In this document: positions 16,799-27,405 of the stretch, one piece after another | Position numbering within the stretch: the stretch's first letter is position 1 | Layout: the number at the start of each line of letters is the position of its first letter | Position numbers and translations under genes: made by a program | The notes under the pieces: generated by a model | Database searches by the model: none | Told to the model about the DNA's origin: nothing | What the model saw: the letters and a program-made list of their open reading frames with translations, nothing else | Virus record (IMG/VR): IMGVR_UViG_3300025133_007827 | Span: 1-52,764 of that record | DNA: 52,764 nucleotides | Source of the DNA: a virus | Lineage: Duplodnaviria; Caudoviricetes | Strand: one strand, 5' to 3'

Positions 16799-17460
16799 AA
16801 CTCACTGATCGTTTTGTAACTGAGCTGTCTATCTGTCGAGAGAAAACTCAATATGTTTCTAAAATTTTCATAATTGGATTCATTCCATTGATTGTCATTC
16901 CAATCACCTGCAATGTGAGATTGAAACATGAAAGCACCTGCCCATTCACTAATTTGGTCAATCTCGTTGATGCCATCACATCCATACAGAGTACGTGTAT
17001 CAAAATTGATTCCACGATTGATCTGATCATGTGCAGCAACCCAGTCAAAGGCTAATCCGACAGCCTGTGCTGATTCTTGATTACAACCCCATCCAGGCAT
17101 TCTAAATCCTTTGGGTTTATAGTCAAGTGCAGTCCACTCTTTAAATGATTCTATCAATCTATTCTGTGCTTGTTGGAAATTTAATTCTAAAAATTCTTGT
17201 TCACCTATCCCATTCGACTGACAGTCGTGATAATGACCATGAGCTGCTAACTCTACCCACTCTCTGTCCAACCAAAACTTAACCCAATCTGGATACTGAG
17301 ACAACGGATACTTGTGATGATAATTCGATGGTACAAACAGAGTGAATTTACATCCAAACTCTTCATTCAGTGCTTCTAAGTACCCAACTGACTCATCACC
17401 TTCACAGCCCCATCCCTGCTCTGGATGCAAGTCGTCTATCGCGATGATGACATTATTCAA
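16795..17460 (-). CDS. polysaccharide deacetylase (NodB/DUF2334-like)
   Basis: IDD, TLFVP, HGHYH and GFRMPGW motifs. Confidence 0.8.
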   Translation of the reverse strand: MNNVIIAIDDLHPEQGWGCEGDESVGYLEALNEEFGCKFTLFVPSNYHHKYPLSQYPDWVKFWLDREWVELAAHGHYHDCQSNGIGEQEFLELNFQQAQNRLIESFKEWTALDYKPKGFRMPGWGCNQESAQAVGLAFDWVAAHDQINRGINFDTRTLYGCDGINEIDQISEWAGAFMFQSHIAGDWNDNQWNESNYENFRNILSFLSTDRQLSYKTISEL

Positions 17461-18416
17461 AACGTCGCCTTTATGGTTTCCAGCAAACCGGTATAATCAT
17501 TAAGTCCGGTTCTGTTGATCTTATGACCAAATTCTTCTGCCTGTTCCACGTTGTTCATCTCATCAATCACGTCAAAGACTGGAATGACATTTGTTCCTGA
17601 GAATTTTCTCCAATAGCTGTCCGGACCAAAGTAGTTCGGTCTCAATTCTCTCCCCTGAGTGATGTACACAACGGTTGTGCCACCAAAGAGACAACTAAAG
17701 ATTGCATTTCCGCCACACACGCTGATGAACCTCTCACAGTTTGCTAACAGTCTGAGCTGAAACTCGTTATATGAGAGTCCGGTTGCCGCATTTGCGTCCT
17801 GCCATAGATCATCAAACAGATACACATTATCCATCATGGATGGTAACTGTCTGTCTATGATGACTTTCCCATTAGCAATCGCTGTGATGTGTTCATTCAT
17901 CTGAGCAGCATTCCGCTCGTTCTGATCAATCGCGAATGATGTCTCTCTGTTTGTGGGTCTCTTATAGACCACTGCATAACCCTGCTCCGTCAGATAATCG
18001 AACATCTCATAGAGACACTTCACATCAAAGAAATGAAATCTTGGAGGTCTACCGTGCTCAAAATTATAAATATTGCTGATGAAGACCATTGGTTTGTCGC
18101 CTGGAAAAAACTCATTGTTCCGGAATACTGATTTGTATGGTGGTGCCATCCACTGCGAGTAATCTAAGACTGCCGGTTTGTCATGTGGACTCTTTCCGTG
18201 AATCCAATCGTTCGGTAAACTACCTAACCCGGCTGCTTGGTTGTCTATGGTACGCTCCGTAAATAATTCTTGCACGTTATCGCAGAAGTAATAAAATGGA
18301 GTCATCCCCGTAGAGGTCACGACTCCCTTCAATTGATCATTCCTGTGTAACCAATACGCATAAGGAACCGATAAGGCAAGCTCTACACCAAATTCTGGAT
18401 TTGTCTGGACTATCAT
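17457..18416 (-). CDS. putative glycosyltransferase (unclassified)
   Basis: PEFGVEL N-terminal motif; Q.RLLANCERFISVCGG resembles a GT9-like C-terminus; island context. Confidence 0.5.
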   Translation of the reverse strand: MIVQTNPEFGVELALSVPYAYWLHRNDQLKGVVTSTGMTPFYYFCDNVQELFTERTIDNQAAGLGSLPNDWIHGKSPHDKPAVLDYSQWMAPPYKSVFRNNEFFPGDKPMVFISNIYNFEHGRPPRFHFFDVKCLYEMFDYLTEQGYAVVYKRPTNRETSFAIDQNERNAAQMNEHITAIANGKVIIDRQLPSMMDNVYLFDDLWQDANAATGLSYNEFQLRLLANCERFISVCGGNAIFSCLFGGTTVVYITQGRELRPNYFGPDSYWRKFSGTNVIPVFDVIDEMNNVEQAEEFGHKINRTGLNDYTGLLETIKATF

Positions 18417-19078
18417 GATACCGTCTTGATCACTTGAAACGCTTCTGCGAATGTAGTATTCGCTTGAATACCACGGTACCTAGCAAGGGTTTCAAGATTT
18501 TTTGGAACATCAAATCCAACCTTCGCATATTTTTTAATTTGACTTTTGTGACAATTTGCAATACGTAACTTGTCTTCAAAATGAGCGGTGATGTCACTGT
18601 AGTAGGTGGGTTTCATTTCGTTTTCTGTGTGCCTTGGAATCGGTATCTGTTCATAACAGAATACATTTGGCACATACCGAGCCGCAGCTATAGAAGCTCT
18701 ATATGTTGCAATATGATCTTGATTTGAATCCCCAGCCCAGTGCGTGTATAGAGTATCGATCTGATCTCGTTTAATATACCTCTCGATATCGGAAACTGAA
18801 TCAAAACTAAAAGGTACATACAAATCTGTATAAGATAGCATAATCAGTTCAGCTCCTATGATCTCAGCCGCATTACCCGCTTCTTCATACAGTTGTGTAC
18901 CGGTCCGGATCACCTTTCCAGTCACCCCATCTGTGGACTGAGAATTTGTCATAACCAATATGGTTACATCATCTCCATCCTGGACGTGACGCATCAGTGT
19001 ACCGCTACATCCAAATTCAATATCATCCGGATGAGCACCAATCGCCATAACATTCTTTTTAGAATCGTGAAATATCAT
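18413..19078 (-). CDS. PIG-L/LmbE family N-deacetylase
   Basis: GAHPDDIEFGCSG, THWAGDSNQDH, HKSQ and AEAF motifs. Confidence 0.92.
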   Translation of the reverse strand: MIFHDSKKNVMAIGAHPDDIEFGCSGTLMRHVQDGDDVTILVMTNSQSTDGVTGKVIRTGTQLYEEAGNAAEIIGAELIMLSYTDLYVPFSFDSVSDIERYIKRDQIDTLYTHWAGDSNQDHIATYRASIAAARYVPNVFCYEQIPIPRHTENEMKPTYYSDITAHFEDKLRIANCHKSQIKKYAKVGFDVPKNLETLARYRGIQANTTFAEAFQVIKTVS

Positions 19079-19647
19079 ATATGTGTCAACGCAGTATAAT
19101 AGTCTGGAACGTCTGGTTGAAAATAACTCACTGCGATATCACCGAATAGCGGTTCATCTAAATAATTTTCCCCATGGGGACCTGATATGTAATGAGTCGC
19201 TCCGACCTCTTCACAGATATCTACTAATCTTTGAGTCTTCTTCGTCTTTAAGTGCATTTCAGATGCAAAGGTCATTGGGGTCTTCACACCAAGCATCGAT
19301 CTAAGAAACTGTATTGATTGTATGTTGATCTGACATAGTTGATCTGTCCTGTACAGAGATGTAAAATCATAACCAAAATTCATCTTCATCTGTCTAATAA
19401 GTTTTTTTCTCCATCTGGGGTCTTTTGAAACTCGAACCTCATTTATGAGCTTACTGTTTGCCTTCTTCTCAACTGGAACTGTAAACCATTCATCTTGACC
19501 CGCCTTATTACGGAATTTATTCCTGTTGTAGAATTCATTCTTACTGAACTTGGCGTCGTCCAACACGACAAAAAGATCTGCTGCTTTCATCTTTTGAAAG
19601 AAACCCAAATAGGGAAAATGAAGTGGTTGATGTATTGTGACCTTCAA
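19075..19647 (-). CDS. WbqC-like family protein
   Basis: IHQP..FPYLGFFQKM..AD.FVVLDD..F...NRN, WFTVPV, YISGPHG.NYL. Confidence 0.9.
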   Translation of the reverse strand: MKVTIHQPLHFPYLGFFQKMKAADLFVVLDDAKFSKNEFYNRNKFRNKAGQDEWFTVPVEKKANSKLINEVRVSKDPRWRKKLIRQMKMNFGYDFTSLYRTDQLCQINIQSIQFLRSMLGVKTPMTFASEMHLKTKKTQRLVDICEEVGATHYISGPHGENYLDEPLFGDIAVSYFQPDVPDYYTALTHI

Positions 19648-20843
19648 TCAATTTCCGGAATATTTGGATGATTCTTAAAATGCTCAATTGTTTCACGAGC
19701 TGCATCACTTATATAAGTTATATCGTCTTTTTTCAATTCTACGTACATGGGGAGTGAAAAATGTCTACCTAGCAATTTCTCAGCATTTGGATATTCTCCA
19801 TCGCTAGTGAATTCGCTAAAGGCTGGTTGTTCATGACAGGCTGGTTTATACGCATTTGCTGTTGGTATACCGAATCTATTTAATAAATATCGGCAAAATG
19901 TGTCCCGGGATACAGATCCAAAATCTAACTGGCAGATGTATTGCCACCATGTCTGTCTGATCGTTTCCCACCTAGGTGGTAGCTTGATTTCATCTGTGTC
20001 TTTGAATTCTTCTTCATACCAATCAGCTATCTGATTGCGCTTCTTAATAAATTCATCTATGTGCTCCATCTGAGAATTGCCTATCAAGGCAGCAACTTCA
20101 GTCATCCGATAATTCGATGATGGGATCTCACAAGTCACTCCACCATCCATACCTGGAGTTTCTGGTGTGTTGACATACATACCGTGACTTCGTAACAATT
20201 GAGCCTTTTCGTATATATCTTTGTCATTGGTTGTAATCATACCACCCTCACCAGTCGTGATAATCTTGGTGGGATAAAAACTGAAGCATCCTGCTACACC
20301 CAGATTACCTGCCCTGTCTATTTCATCTTCAGTTTCATTGTAGATCTGAGCACCTAATGCGTGTGCATCGTCAGTGACCAGATGGATATTTTTTTCTCTA
20401 CAGAACTCCTGTATATCATAAATTTCAGGTGTTATCAAACCAGCCATATTCACAAGTAATACACCCAATGTGATATTATGTTTATATTGTCTCTCTATTA
20501 CATCTCTAGTTAAACACTGTGTAATTGGATCCACATCAACAATGACCGGTCTGTATCCTGCTCGTATGATACAACTAACACTCGCCACAAAAGTTTGTGT
20601 TGGAACTATCCACTCGTATCTAAAACTCGCTGAAGGTATACTTCTCAGCGTGATTTCTAAAGCCGTACCACAGCTATTAGTTGCAACTGCATACTTTGTA
20701 CCCACGTAATCAGCGACTTTTGATTCAAACTGTTCAACTAACTCACCCTGCACGAATTGTCCGGAATCTAAAATGTCAGAAAACCCACGACTCAGTGAAG
20801 TCTTGTGTGGGAAGAATGGTTTACTTCTGTAGAGCTTTCTCAT
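19644..20843 (-). CDS. DegT/DnrJ/EryC1/StrS sugar aminotransferase
   Basis: NSCGTAL, DDAHALG, FSFYPTKIITTGEGGM (PLP Lys). Confidence 0.95.
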   Translation of the reverse strand: MRKLYRSKPFFPHKTSLSRGFSDILDSGQFVQGELVEQFESKVADYVGTKYAVATNSCGTALEITLRSIPSASFRYEWIVPTQTFVASVSCIIRAGYRPVIVDVDPITQCLTRDVIERQYKHNITLGVLLVNMAGLITPEIYDIQEFCREKNIHLVTDDAHALGAQIYNETEDEIDRAGNLGVAGCFSFYPTKIITTGEGGMITTNDKDIYEKAQLLRSHGMYVNTPETPGMDGGVTCEIPSSNYRMTEVAALIGNSQMEHIDEFIKKRNQIADWYEEEFKDTDEIKLPPRWETIRQTWWQYICQLDFGSVSRDTFCRYLLNRFGIPTANAYKPACHEQPAFSEFTSDGEYPNAEKLLGRHFSLPMYVELKKDDITYISDAARETIEHFKNHPNIPEID

Positions 20844-21651
20844 ATTCCTCTACTAGACGTTTTACGCCAGAATTTAATTCCACGAAGTGAGTTGGTTCAA
20901 TCTTATCTGGAAAAACAACTCTCTTGTTATCAAAGGGGCTGTCTGGTGAATCAAAAAACAGCTCTGCTTTCTTTTTGGAGTGTTTCTCAAATATCTTGAT
21001 CAAATCGATCACCGTGATGGGACTGTTGGCTAAATTGACTTCCCGATGAGCTGGGTCCAAGCTATCATTCCACCGGTGAAAGATCATCGTTGTTATCGTC
21101 CGGATGACATCATCCGCAAAAGTGAAACTCAATTCAGCTTCCCCATCTCCATCGATCTGTATCGGGACGCCATTGTATAGACAATCGAGAAAGTATTGAT
21201 CTCTTGCTATATGTGAATGTACCCCCGGTGAGCTCAACACGTAGGTTGGTCGCACTATGCAATTCTTCCAAACCGTTCCGCGGATCTCTTCCTCCAGAAG
21301 TAATTTTTGACGGCCATAGTCTTCAAACCCACTCAATACCGGGTCCAACTGAGATGCTATGCTACTCACAAATACGTAGTTTTTCCTCTTCACGTACTTT
21401 GATATTTTATCAAACTGAGCAGTCTTATACAGACACATATCCACCACATAGTCTATAAACCCCCACGGTATCTGTTCAAGATCTTTGGAGACGTTACGAT
21501 CTCCTATGAGGAGTCTAACTTTTTTACTTTTGTAGTGCCCTCGTCCTGTCCTGTTGAAGACGTATATCATCTCACATTCGGACCACTCCGAAAGAACGCG
21601 AACTATATCCTTACCCACAAAGCGGTTACCTCCAATGACCAACACAATCAT
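20821..21651 (-). CDS. NAD-dependent epimerase/dehydratase (atypical SDR)
   Basis: GGNRFVG, FVSS, YGRQK (YxxxK), IVRPTYV. Confidence 0.85.
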   Translation of the reverse strand: MIVLVIGGNRFVGKDIVRVLSEWSECEMIYVFNRTGRGHYKSKKVRLLIGDRNVSKDLEQIPWGFIDYVVDMCLYKTAQFDKISKYVKRKNYVFVSSIASQLDPVLSGFEDYGRQKLLLEEEIRGTVWKNCIVRPTYVLSSPGVHSHIARDQYFLDCLYNGVPIQIDGDGEAELSFTFADDVIRTITTMIFHRWNDSLDPAHREVNLANSPITVIDLIKIFEKHSKKKAELFFDSPDSPFDNKRVVFPDKIEPTHFVELNSGVKRLVEEYEKALQK

Positions 21652-22511
21652 TAAATGAGTTCCTGAATTTCCTCTACTGTGAACTGCTCTACTTCGTTAG
21701 AATACTTTCCAGTCTCGAGAATTTTTTCATGTTGATTCTCACCTGGCTGAAGCCCAATCGCTTTCACTTTAAGTAACTCTGTTTCCGGGAGGTACTTATT
21801 AGCCATCGCTTGGAGGAGATTTTCAATTGACATTGATTTCATCTCTGGTACATATGGGGATGCATTCGTAGCGTTTTCAAGACAATCAAATATCAGATCC
21901 ACAGCCTGATCGATTGTCCAAAAATACCTCGTAGCGGTCGGATCTGTCACTATGACTTCCTGTCCAGCTTCAAGTAGGTCTCTCCACTTACAGAGAACTG
22001 AACCAGTCGAATACAGAACATTACCGTATCGGACCATCCGATAGTCACATTCAGAGTGCAAATCCTCATATTCTTCAAACATCTTTTCCATGATGTACTT
22101 GGTTGCTCCGTATACACCTGCTATCTGTGCTGCTTTATCAGTACTGATCCCCAAGACGAACTCTGGATTATACTTCACTGATGAGTTTAACAGATTCAAG
22201 GATCCCTGCACATTTGATAATGTACACTGACGAGCCTGTTGTTCAGCCATGGGAACGTGCTTGAATGCTGCAAGGTGAAACACTCCGGTCACATCACGCA
22301 TACAGACCTCCCACACGATTGGATCTGATATATCACCGGTGTAAATCTCAACGTCTGGAAATTTCTGTTTCAGTTTAAGTAGATTACCTTCATTCCTAGC
22401 AACTGTAACGACTCGACCGCCTTGGTCAAAAATTCTCTCTATGAGCGCTCCACCAAGAAATCCAGATCCCCCGGTGACTAAATATTTTTGTCCCTGTTTA
22501 ATTTTTATCAT
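21651..22511 (-). CDS. UDP-GlcNAc 4,6-dehydratase-like (PseB/CapD family)
   Basis: TGGSGFLG, HLAAFKHVP, ISTDKA, YGATK, RYGNV, GLQPGEN.HE; start moved to MIKIKQ. Confidence 0.9.
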   Translation of the reverse strand: MIKIKQGQKYLVTGGSGFLGGALIERIFDQGGRVVTVARNEGNLLKLKQKFPDVEIYTGDISDPIVWEVCMRDVTGVFHLAAFKHVPMAEQQARQCTLSNVQGSLNLLNSSVKYNPEFVLGISTDKAAQIAGVYGATKYIMEKMFEEYEDLHSECDYRMVRYGNVLYSTGSVLCKWRDLLEAGQEVIVTDPTATRYFWTIDQAVDLIFDCLENATNASPYVPEMKSMSIENLLQAMANKYLPETELLKVKAIGLQPGENQHEKILETGKYSNEVEQFTVEEIQELI

Positions 22512-23529
22512 TGAATACATCCTCCCATTTATAGAGTTTTTTTTGGTTAAATAAATTGTATGTGTTAAATTCACTCATCTGTGAAGCTTTTTTATACCAC
22601 TCGTGACGATCCCTGGCTGGTCCTACATCTCCTGGATTGATTCCTTCTTCGCCAAGTATGTATCTTCTCTTCTTAGTGTGTTTCCGATTATGCACCAGTA
22701 GTATGTTTTTAAAAATATACTGTATAATTGAATTGCCAAACATGCGCTGTAATACTTGCATAAATGCTGTATCTTCATGTATAAAGAAAGATCCACGTGG
22801 TATGTTGACACCCGACTTCACTACTTCTGAAGAGAATACTAGTCCACATCCATTAAATTTTAAATTGTTGGTCTGTTGAACATCCAAATCCTCAACCTTA
22901 TCATTGAATGAATTCATCTCATCTATGGACATATTATATCTAAGGCTCCACCATCGTTCCGTATCTACGGTGGACATGTCCACAAACGGTTTATCTGTGA
23001 ATTCTGGATGTTCTAGTACTTCCCACGTTTGATCCCACATCTTGCACGTAGCAAAGAAAGCCACGTATTTAGGTGTCTGATCCTTCACCGAGCTGTGTAA
23101 GTGATCAAGCACCTGAAAGGTCTGTCTAGGAATCAGCGCATCGCTCTCACCCCACATCAGTACATCAACTTCTGTACAATACTTATCATTGAAGTCTCTC
23201 CGATAGTCAGCTACTGTGTATATGAGATCGGATCGATGATTTATCTCAAAACGTAAATTGTGGTGGTGCCCTACTGTGGCATCAACGTCATAATCAAATA
23301 CTTCTTCCAACAGGGATTTAAATTTCTCCTTGATATCGCTGATCGTTATTTGTGTCTCATCAACACTCTCTAGAGATTCATTACAATTCAAATATAAATC
23401 CACGATCACATTCTCTCTATTATCTACGACGTCTAACGCATTTTTTACACTACGTAGATACTCACCGATCATTTCAATCTCATACCACTGTACAAGACAC
23501 CCTATTGCGAATTTATTTTTCAATTCCAT
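22498..23529 (-). CDS. putative GT-A-fold glycosyltransferase (unclassified)
   Basis: MWGESDAL (DxD-like) and HEDTAF; island context. Confidence 0.5.
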   Translation of the reverse strand: MELKNKFAIGCLVQWYEIEMIGEYLRSVKNALDVVDNRENVIVDLYLNCNESLESVDETQITISDIKEKFKSLLEEVFDYDVDATVGHHHNLRFEINHRSDLIYTVADYRRDFNDKYCTEVDVLMWGESDALIPRQTFQVLDHLHSSVKDQTPKYVAFFATCKMWDQTWEVLEHPEFTDKPFVDMSTVDTERWWSLRYNMSIDEMNSFNDKVEDLDVQQTNNLKFNGCGLVFSSEVVKSGVNIPRGSFFIHEDTAFMQVLQRMFGNSIIQYIFKNILLVHNRKHTKKRRYILGEEGINPGDVGPARDRHEWYKKASQMSEFNTYNLFNQKKLYKWEDVFNDKN

Positions 23530-24268
23530 TTATCAAATCTCCATAAAGGTATTTATATGTTTTCTCCATCCAGAACGGTACACTTGTTTCCTTTTCTGGA
23601 ATACCATTAAAGTGCATAATGTAACCTAATTTTGCATGCAACATATCTTCGCCGAGAATTTCTTTTTTAAGCATGCAAGTCATATTATACTCATACGGTA
23701 GCAATTTCACATCAATATCGTGCTTAGACAACATTAAATTTAATATCGTTTGATCTCTCCCTATCCCGTACTTTGCCACTAAATCGTGTATAAGTTGTTT
23801 ATGTCCACAATACAACTCAATCATTTCTTTAAAAAACACTCTATGAGTCTTATTTACAATCTGAAACCCTCCGTTGCCATAATCCCAAAAATCTAACCAA
23901 TCATTGGGAAACAGATGTTTTTTATAGTGCTCCATACCTCTCAGGATCCAATCATAACTACCATCATCGTGTACCAGACAGTACTTGTTATCCGTCATAT
24001 TAAAAAAATTAGGACAATCCGGATGAACGATGGTATCCGCATCAACAATGAGAACTTGATTGTAATCAATCTCATTATGATCCAACATATCAAACAGATA
24101 ATATCTCTGAAAGATGACATGCATGTCGTTAGTGTCCACCACTGGGTTCTCCAACAGAAATAACTCTGCATCATTTTTCTCACAGAAATGCTTCCAAGAA
24201 TTTATCGAGTATTGATACTCCTTCTTGCTCTCAGCGTTTATAGCTAACATGAATACAATATTCTTCAT
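23513..24268 (-). CDS. GT8-like glycosyltransferase
   Basis: VDADT (DxD), NGGF, DQTILN, HFNG. Confidence 0.8.
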   Translation of the reverse strand: MKNIVFMLAINAESKKEYQYSINSWKHFCEKNDAELFLLENPVVDTNDMHVIFQRYYLFDMLDHNEIDYNQVLIVDADTIVHPDCPNFFNMTDNKYCLVHDDGSYDWILRGMEHYKKHLFPNDWLDFWDYGNGGFQIVNKTHRVFFKEMIELYCGHKQLIHDLVAKYGIGRDQTILNLMLSKHDIDVKLLPYEYNMTCMLKKEILGEDMLHAKLGYIMHFNGIPEKETSVPFWMEKTYKYLYGDLINGIEK

Positions 24269-25635
24269 TTAAAGTTGCAGATCACTCCTTCCATGTCAAA
24301 AAATTTTGTTCCTTTTGCAGATACGAGATCTTCCGGGTTCTCTCCCATGAACTTATGAACTTGCAAGGTACCATCATTAATTTTCTCATCTATGGCAGCT
24401 TTAACTTCACCTGGTGGCCATCCATAGTCATCAAAAATAAAAATCGGTTTATCAAAATAATTGACTGAATTGTTAATGTCCTGCAGCACATTTAAGTACC
24501 GATGATCCGCATCAATGAATACTACCTGACACTGTTCAAACTCCCATGGGTCTTTATATAGATCCATCTTCATAAATTGTACATTATCTCTACCTGCACA
24601 ATTCTTTTCAGCTTGTTCAAGATTCCAATCATCCCAATCCACAGCAATGACTTTTCCAAAAATGTGACTGAGAACGCGGGAAGATTGGCCCTGCGAGCAG
24701 CAAATTTCCAGGCACGTCATCTGTTTGTATTTGTCGTCCGAGAAAGTCTCCAGAAGATCCCGTTTGAATTTCCGACTAGTAGTATATTTGGCTGTATCCT
24801 TGTGCTTCACCTGATCTAAAATCTTATCATACTGAGCTGTGTCCATGTTATAATTATCCTTCACCAAATTCCACGTCTGCTCAATCAATTGTGTGCGTTC
24901 GTTTTTGGGGATCCCATTAAAGATCCAATTATATCCATACTTGATAAAAAATGGTGTCGTGTCATCTCCGTCCTGCCAATTATGAGAGAGCAATTCTTTT
25001 CTGTGCATGTGTGTGAGTTTAAACCCTAGTGGTAGATCCAGATTCACATCTACGTCGTTCATCTGGAGCCAATAATTCAGTGGTGTCTGCTCCGTACCCT
25101 TCTTGACCAGATTATCTTGAAGCTCTATAAATGCATCCGTGTTATCCAGATAGAGCTGCTTAAATCCCTGGATGAGCTCTTTATGTGATTCATTAAAAAT
25201 GATAACTCCACTGTTAATGTACCGCATCTGATCAAGTTCAAAACCATCAAAAAAATCTTTATATCCCTGTATACTGTCATGGATCCATCTCATATTATCA
25301 GTATCTCGCCATCCGGTGAATCTATGATCTGTCAATTCAAACGGATTTGGTGCATTCCATTTGATCATGCACGTGCTGTCGGCGAGAAAGATCTGATCAT
25401 ACTTGATGCCCATGTCATCCAAGATGTCAAATACATACATGATCTTTTGCCAATTTGGGCGAAACCTGAACAGGTCGTCCTGGACCGGTTGTATAAACGG
25501 TACGAGTAAACAATCATTTCGTTCACACCAATATTCCCATGATTTTCGAATATATTCAAAATATCCATATCCACCATACTTTTCCGTATTGTCCTGATGG
25601 ACTATCATAGGTAACCAAACTATGTTCTTTTTCAT
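24265..25635 (-). CDS. GT8-like glycosyltransferase fused to a class I SAM methyltransferase
   Basis: N-terminal NSGV, EQTPLN, FNGIP; C-terminal LEICCSQGQSS, AVD, VFIDADH.Y, FDDYG; start moved to MKKNIV. Confidence 0.8.
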   Translation of the reverse strand: MKKNIVWLPMIVHQDNTEKYGGYGYFEYIRKSWEYWCERNDCLLVPFIQPVQDDLFRFRPNWQKIMYVFDILDDMGIKYDQIFLADSTCMIKWNAPNPFELTDHRFTGWRDTDNMRWIHDSIQGYKDFFDGFELDQMRYINSGVIIFNESHKELIQGFKQLYLDNTDAFIELQDNLVKKGTEQTPLNYWLQMNDVDVNLDLPLGFKLTHMHRKELLSHNWQDGDDTTPFFIKYGYNWIFNGIPKNERTQLIEQTWNLVKDNYNMDTAQYDKILDQVKHKDTAKYTTSRKFKRDLLETFSDDKYKQMTCLEICCSQGQSSRVLSHIFGKVIAVDWDDWNLEQAEKNCAGRDNVQFMKMDLYKDPWEFEQCQVVFIDADHRYLNVLQDINNSVNYFDKPIFIFDDYGWPPGEVKAAIDEKINDGTLQVHKFMGENPEDLVSAKGTKFFDMEGVICNFK

Positions 25636-26696
25636 GCGAAACACTCTTTCAATTTATTCAAGTCGACCATCCAAGGAGAATTCATTCCACCAGAAATTGA
25701 CAGAGCGCTTTCGCCGGTAATAACATCATCTTTCCTATCTACAAATTTTGTATCGTTGAACATATGAATGTCCGTGTGAGTCAAAGCGTACTCAAGTCTT
25801 TTATTTATATCAAAAAACTCTGGACTGTTCAAAGATATGACTTTAGTGTCTGGTTTACAGAAAAGAACATTTGACATGCCTCCTCCTATCGGACCCACAA
25901 CGCTCTCTGCAGATCTAAACACGCTGATCTTTTCTTCCATTGATAAGTTTTCGCAGAAAATCTCTTCAAACCCATAACTTCGTAACAATTCAACGACATC
26001 ATCCTCATTTACACACATCCTTTCGGCAGTGTAATCAGTTCCGATATTATCAGATTTAGGTTGTGTCCAAGTCCGTCTGGACACATATATTTTTTTCCTT
26101 TCACCATCTTCAGCATCCATCGAATTGATTATAGAAAAAACTCCTTTATGTGGTGGATCCAATGACATCCTGTTATGAGTCAACGAAGACCCAACAAGTA
26201 TAGTTTCATATTGCGTTGCTCTATCGAGAAAAATTAAATCTTCTCTCTTAATCCCCAACAAATCCAAAGTCTCGTACACGAATGGATACAGATCGCGTTT
26301 GCCTTCGGGTACACTTACCAGTAATTTTAAATTGCTGATCTTCTTTTTTTCTTCAAAATAAGAATACAGATAAGGAACTGTGTCATAGATCCAGTGAAAA
26401 TAATTCGCACAATTATACACAAAATAAAAAACTGGTGTAGTTTCTATTTTGTTTGTATCCGTATTTGTGCATTCCCATTCCATATCCGATTCATAACTTG
26501 TACCTCTACCAAGAGACATGAACATCTCTATCGTAGGGAGAAGTAATTCACCATTGGACTTAATGAGTGGTAGTGGATAATGAATGCTAGCGCCATCGAT
26601 TACACAATTCTTGAAATATCCAATGTTTATATTTCTCTCAGCATCAAGAACTCTAATATCTGTCTTGTCTGACTTATCCCAATATTTGATCTTCAT
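25632..26696 (-). CDS. glycosyltransferase family 61 (DUF563)
   Basis: NYFHW..D..P, KIYVSRR, R...NE, ENLS..E.I..F..A..VVGP.GGGMSN..FC. Confidence 0.9.
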   Translation of the reverse strand: MKIKYWDKSDKTDIRVLDAERNINIGYFKNCVIDGASIHYPLPLIKSNGELLLPTIEMFMSLGRGTSYESDMEWECTNTDTNKIETTPVFYFVYNCANYFHWIYDTVPYLYSYFEEKKKISNLKLLVSVPEGKRDLYPFVYETLDLLGIKREDLIFLDRATQYETILVGSSLTHNRMSLDPPHKGVFSIINSMDAEDGERKKIYVSRRTWTQPKSDNIGTDYTAERMCVNEDDVVELLRSYGFEEIFCENLSMEEKISVFRSAESVVGPIGGGMSNVLFCKPDTKVISLNSPEFFDINKRLEYALTHTDIHMFNDTKFVDRKDDVITGESALSISGGMNSPWMVDLNKLKECFA

Positions 26697-27405
26697 AAAA
26701 TTCCTTTGGAGTTCCCCAGCAACGATACTCGTCTACATCAAATACCTTTATGTCTAAATCCGTTAAAGTATTAAAAATATTATCTATGTAGAATTCACCA
26801 TTACTTCTAATGTTATTCTCATATATCCTGGTCAGCCCTTCTAAAAAATACTTAGCTCGTTTAAAATAAAAAGTTCCGACTATTGCGCGCTCGTTATATG
26901 AATCTTCAAATATTTTTTGTTTCACATACGTTTTTAATAAATTTCCAGTTTCATCAACATCTAACCAACTATACGAATCCGGATCGTCCGAAAATGCCTT
27001 ATTATGGATTGTCGTCCAAACCACAATATCAGATTCCAACAACTCATCATATTTATTTTCATCCCATCTGAGACCATAATCGCAACAACTGATAAGCAGT
27101 GATTCCTCTGGACGGATGCTTGATTGCAAAATGCCCAGTTCTGCTGTCATGGCCTGTCCCTCAGTGACTCCTTCCATGAAAACTAATTCAGAATTTGGGT
27201 ACCTATCCGTCAGCATTATATCGATGTTGTATTTTTTCCGATGCTCTTCCAAACATACAAAAACATATCTGTCCGGAACCGGTAAACAATCTACAGCTTC
27301 ACATACCATGTAATTATCGTTCACTCTCAGTAGGGGTTTTGGCAACTCGTATCCTTTATCTACAAATCTCTGACCCCTGCCCGCCAATGTTATCAAATTA
27401 ACCAT
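26674..27405 (-). CDS. sugar-phosphate nucleotidyltransferase
   Basis: LAGRGQRF..KGY..PKPL, TEGQA.T, NGEFY, WGTP.E. Confidence 0.88.
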   Translation of the reverse strand: MVNLITLAGRGQRFVDKGYELPKPLLRVNDNYMVCEAVDCLPVPDRYVFVCLEEHRKKYNIDIMLTDRYPNSELVFMEGVTEGQAMTAELGILQSSIRPEESLLISCCDYGLRWDENKYDELLESDIVVWTTIHNKAFSDDPDSYSWLDVDETGNLLKTYVKQKIFEDSYNERAIVGTFYFKRAKYFLEGLTRIYENNIRSNGEFYIDNIFNTLTDLDIKVFDVDEYRCWGTPKEFYEDQILG

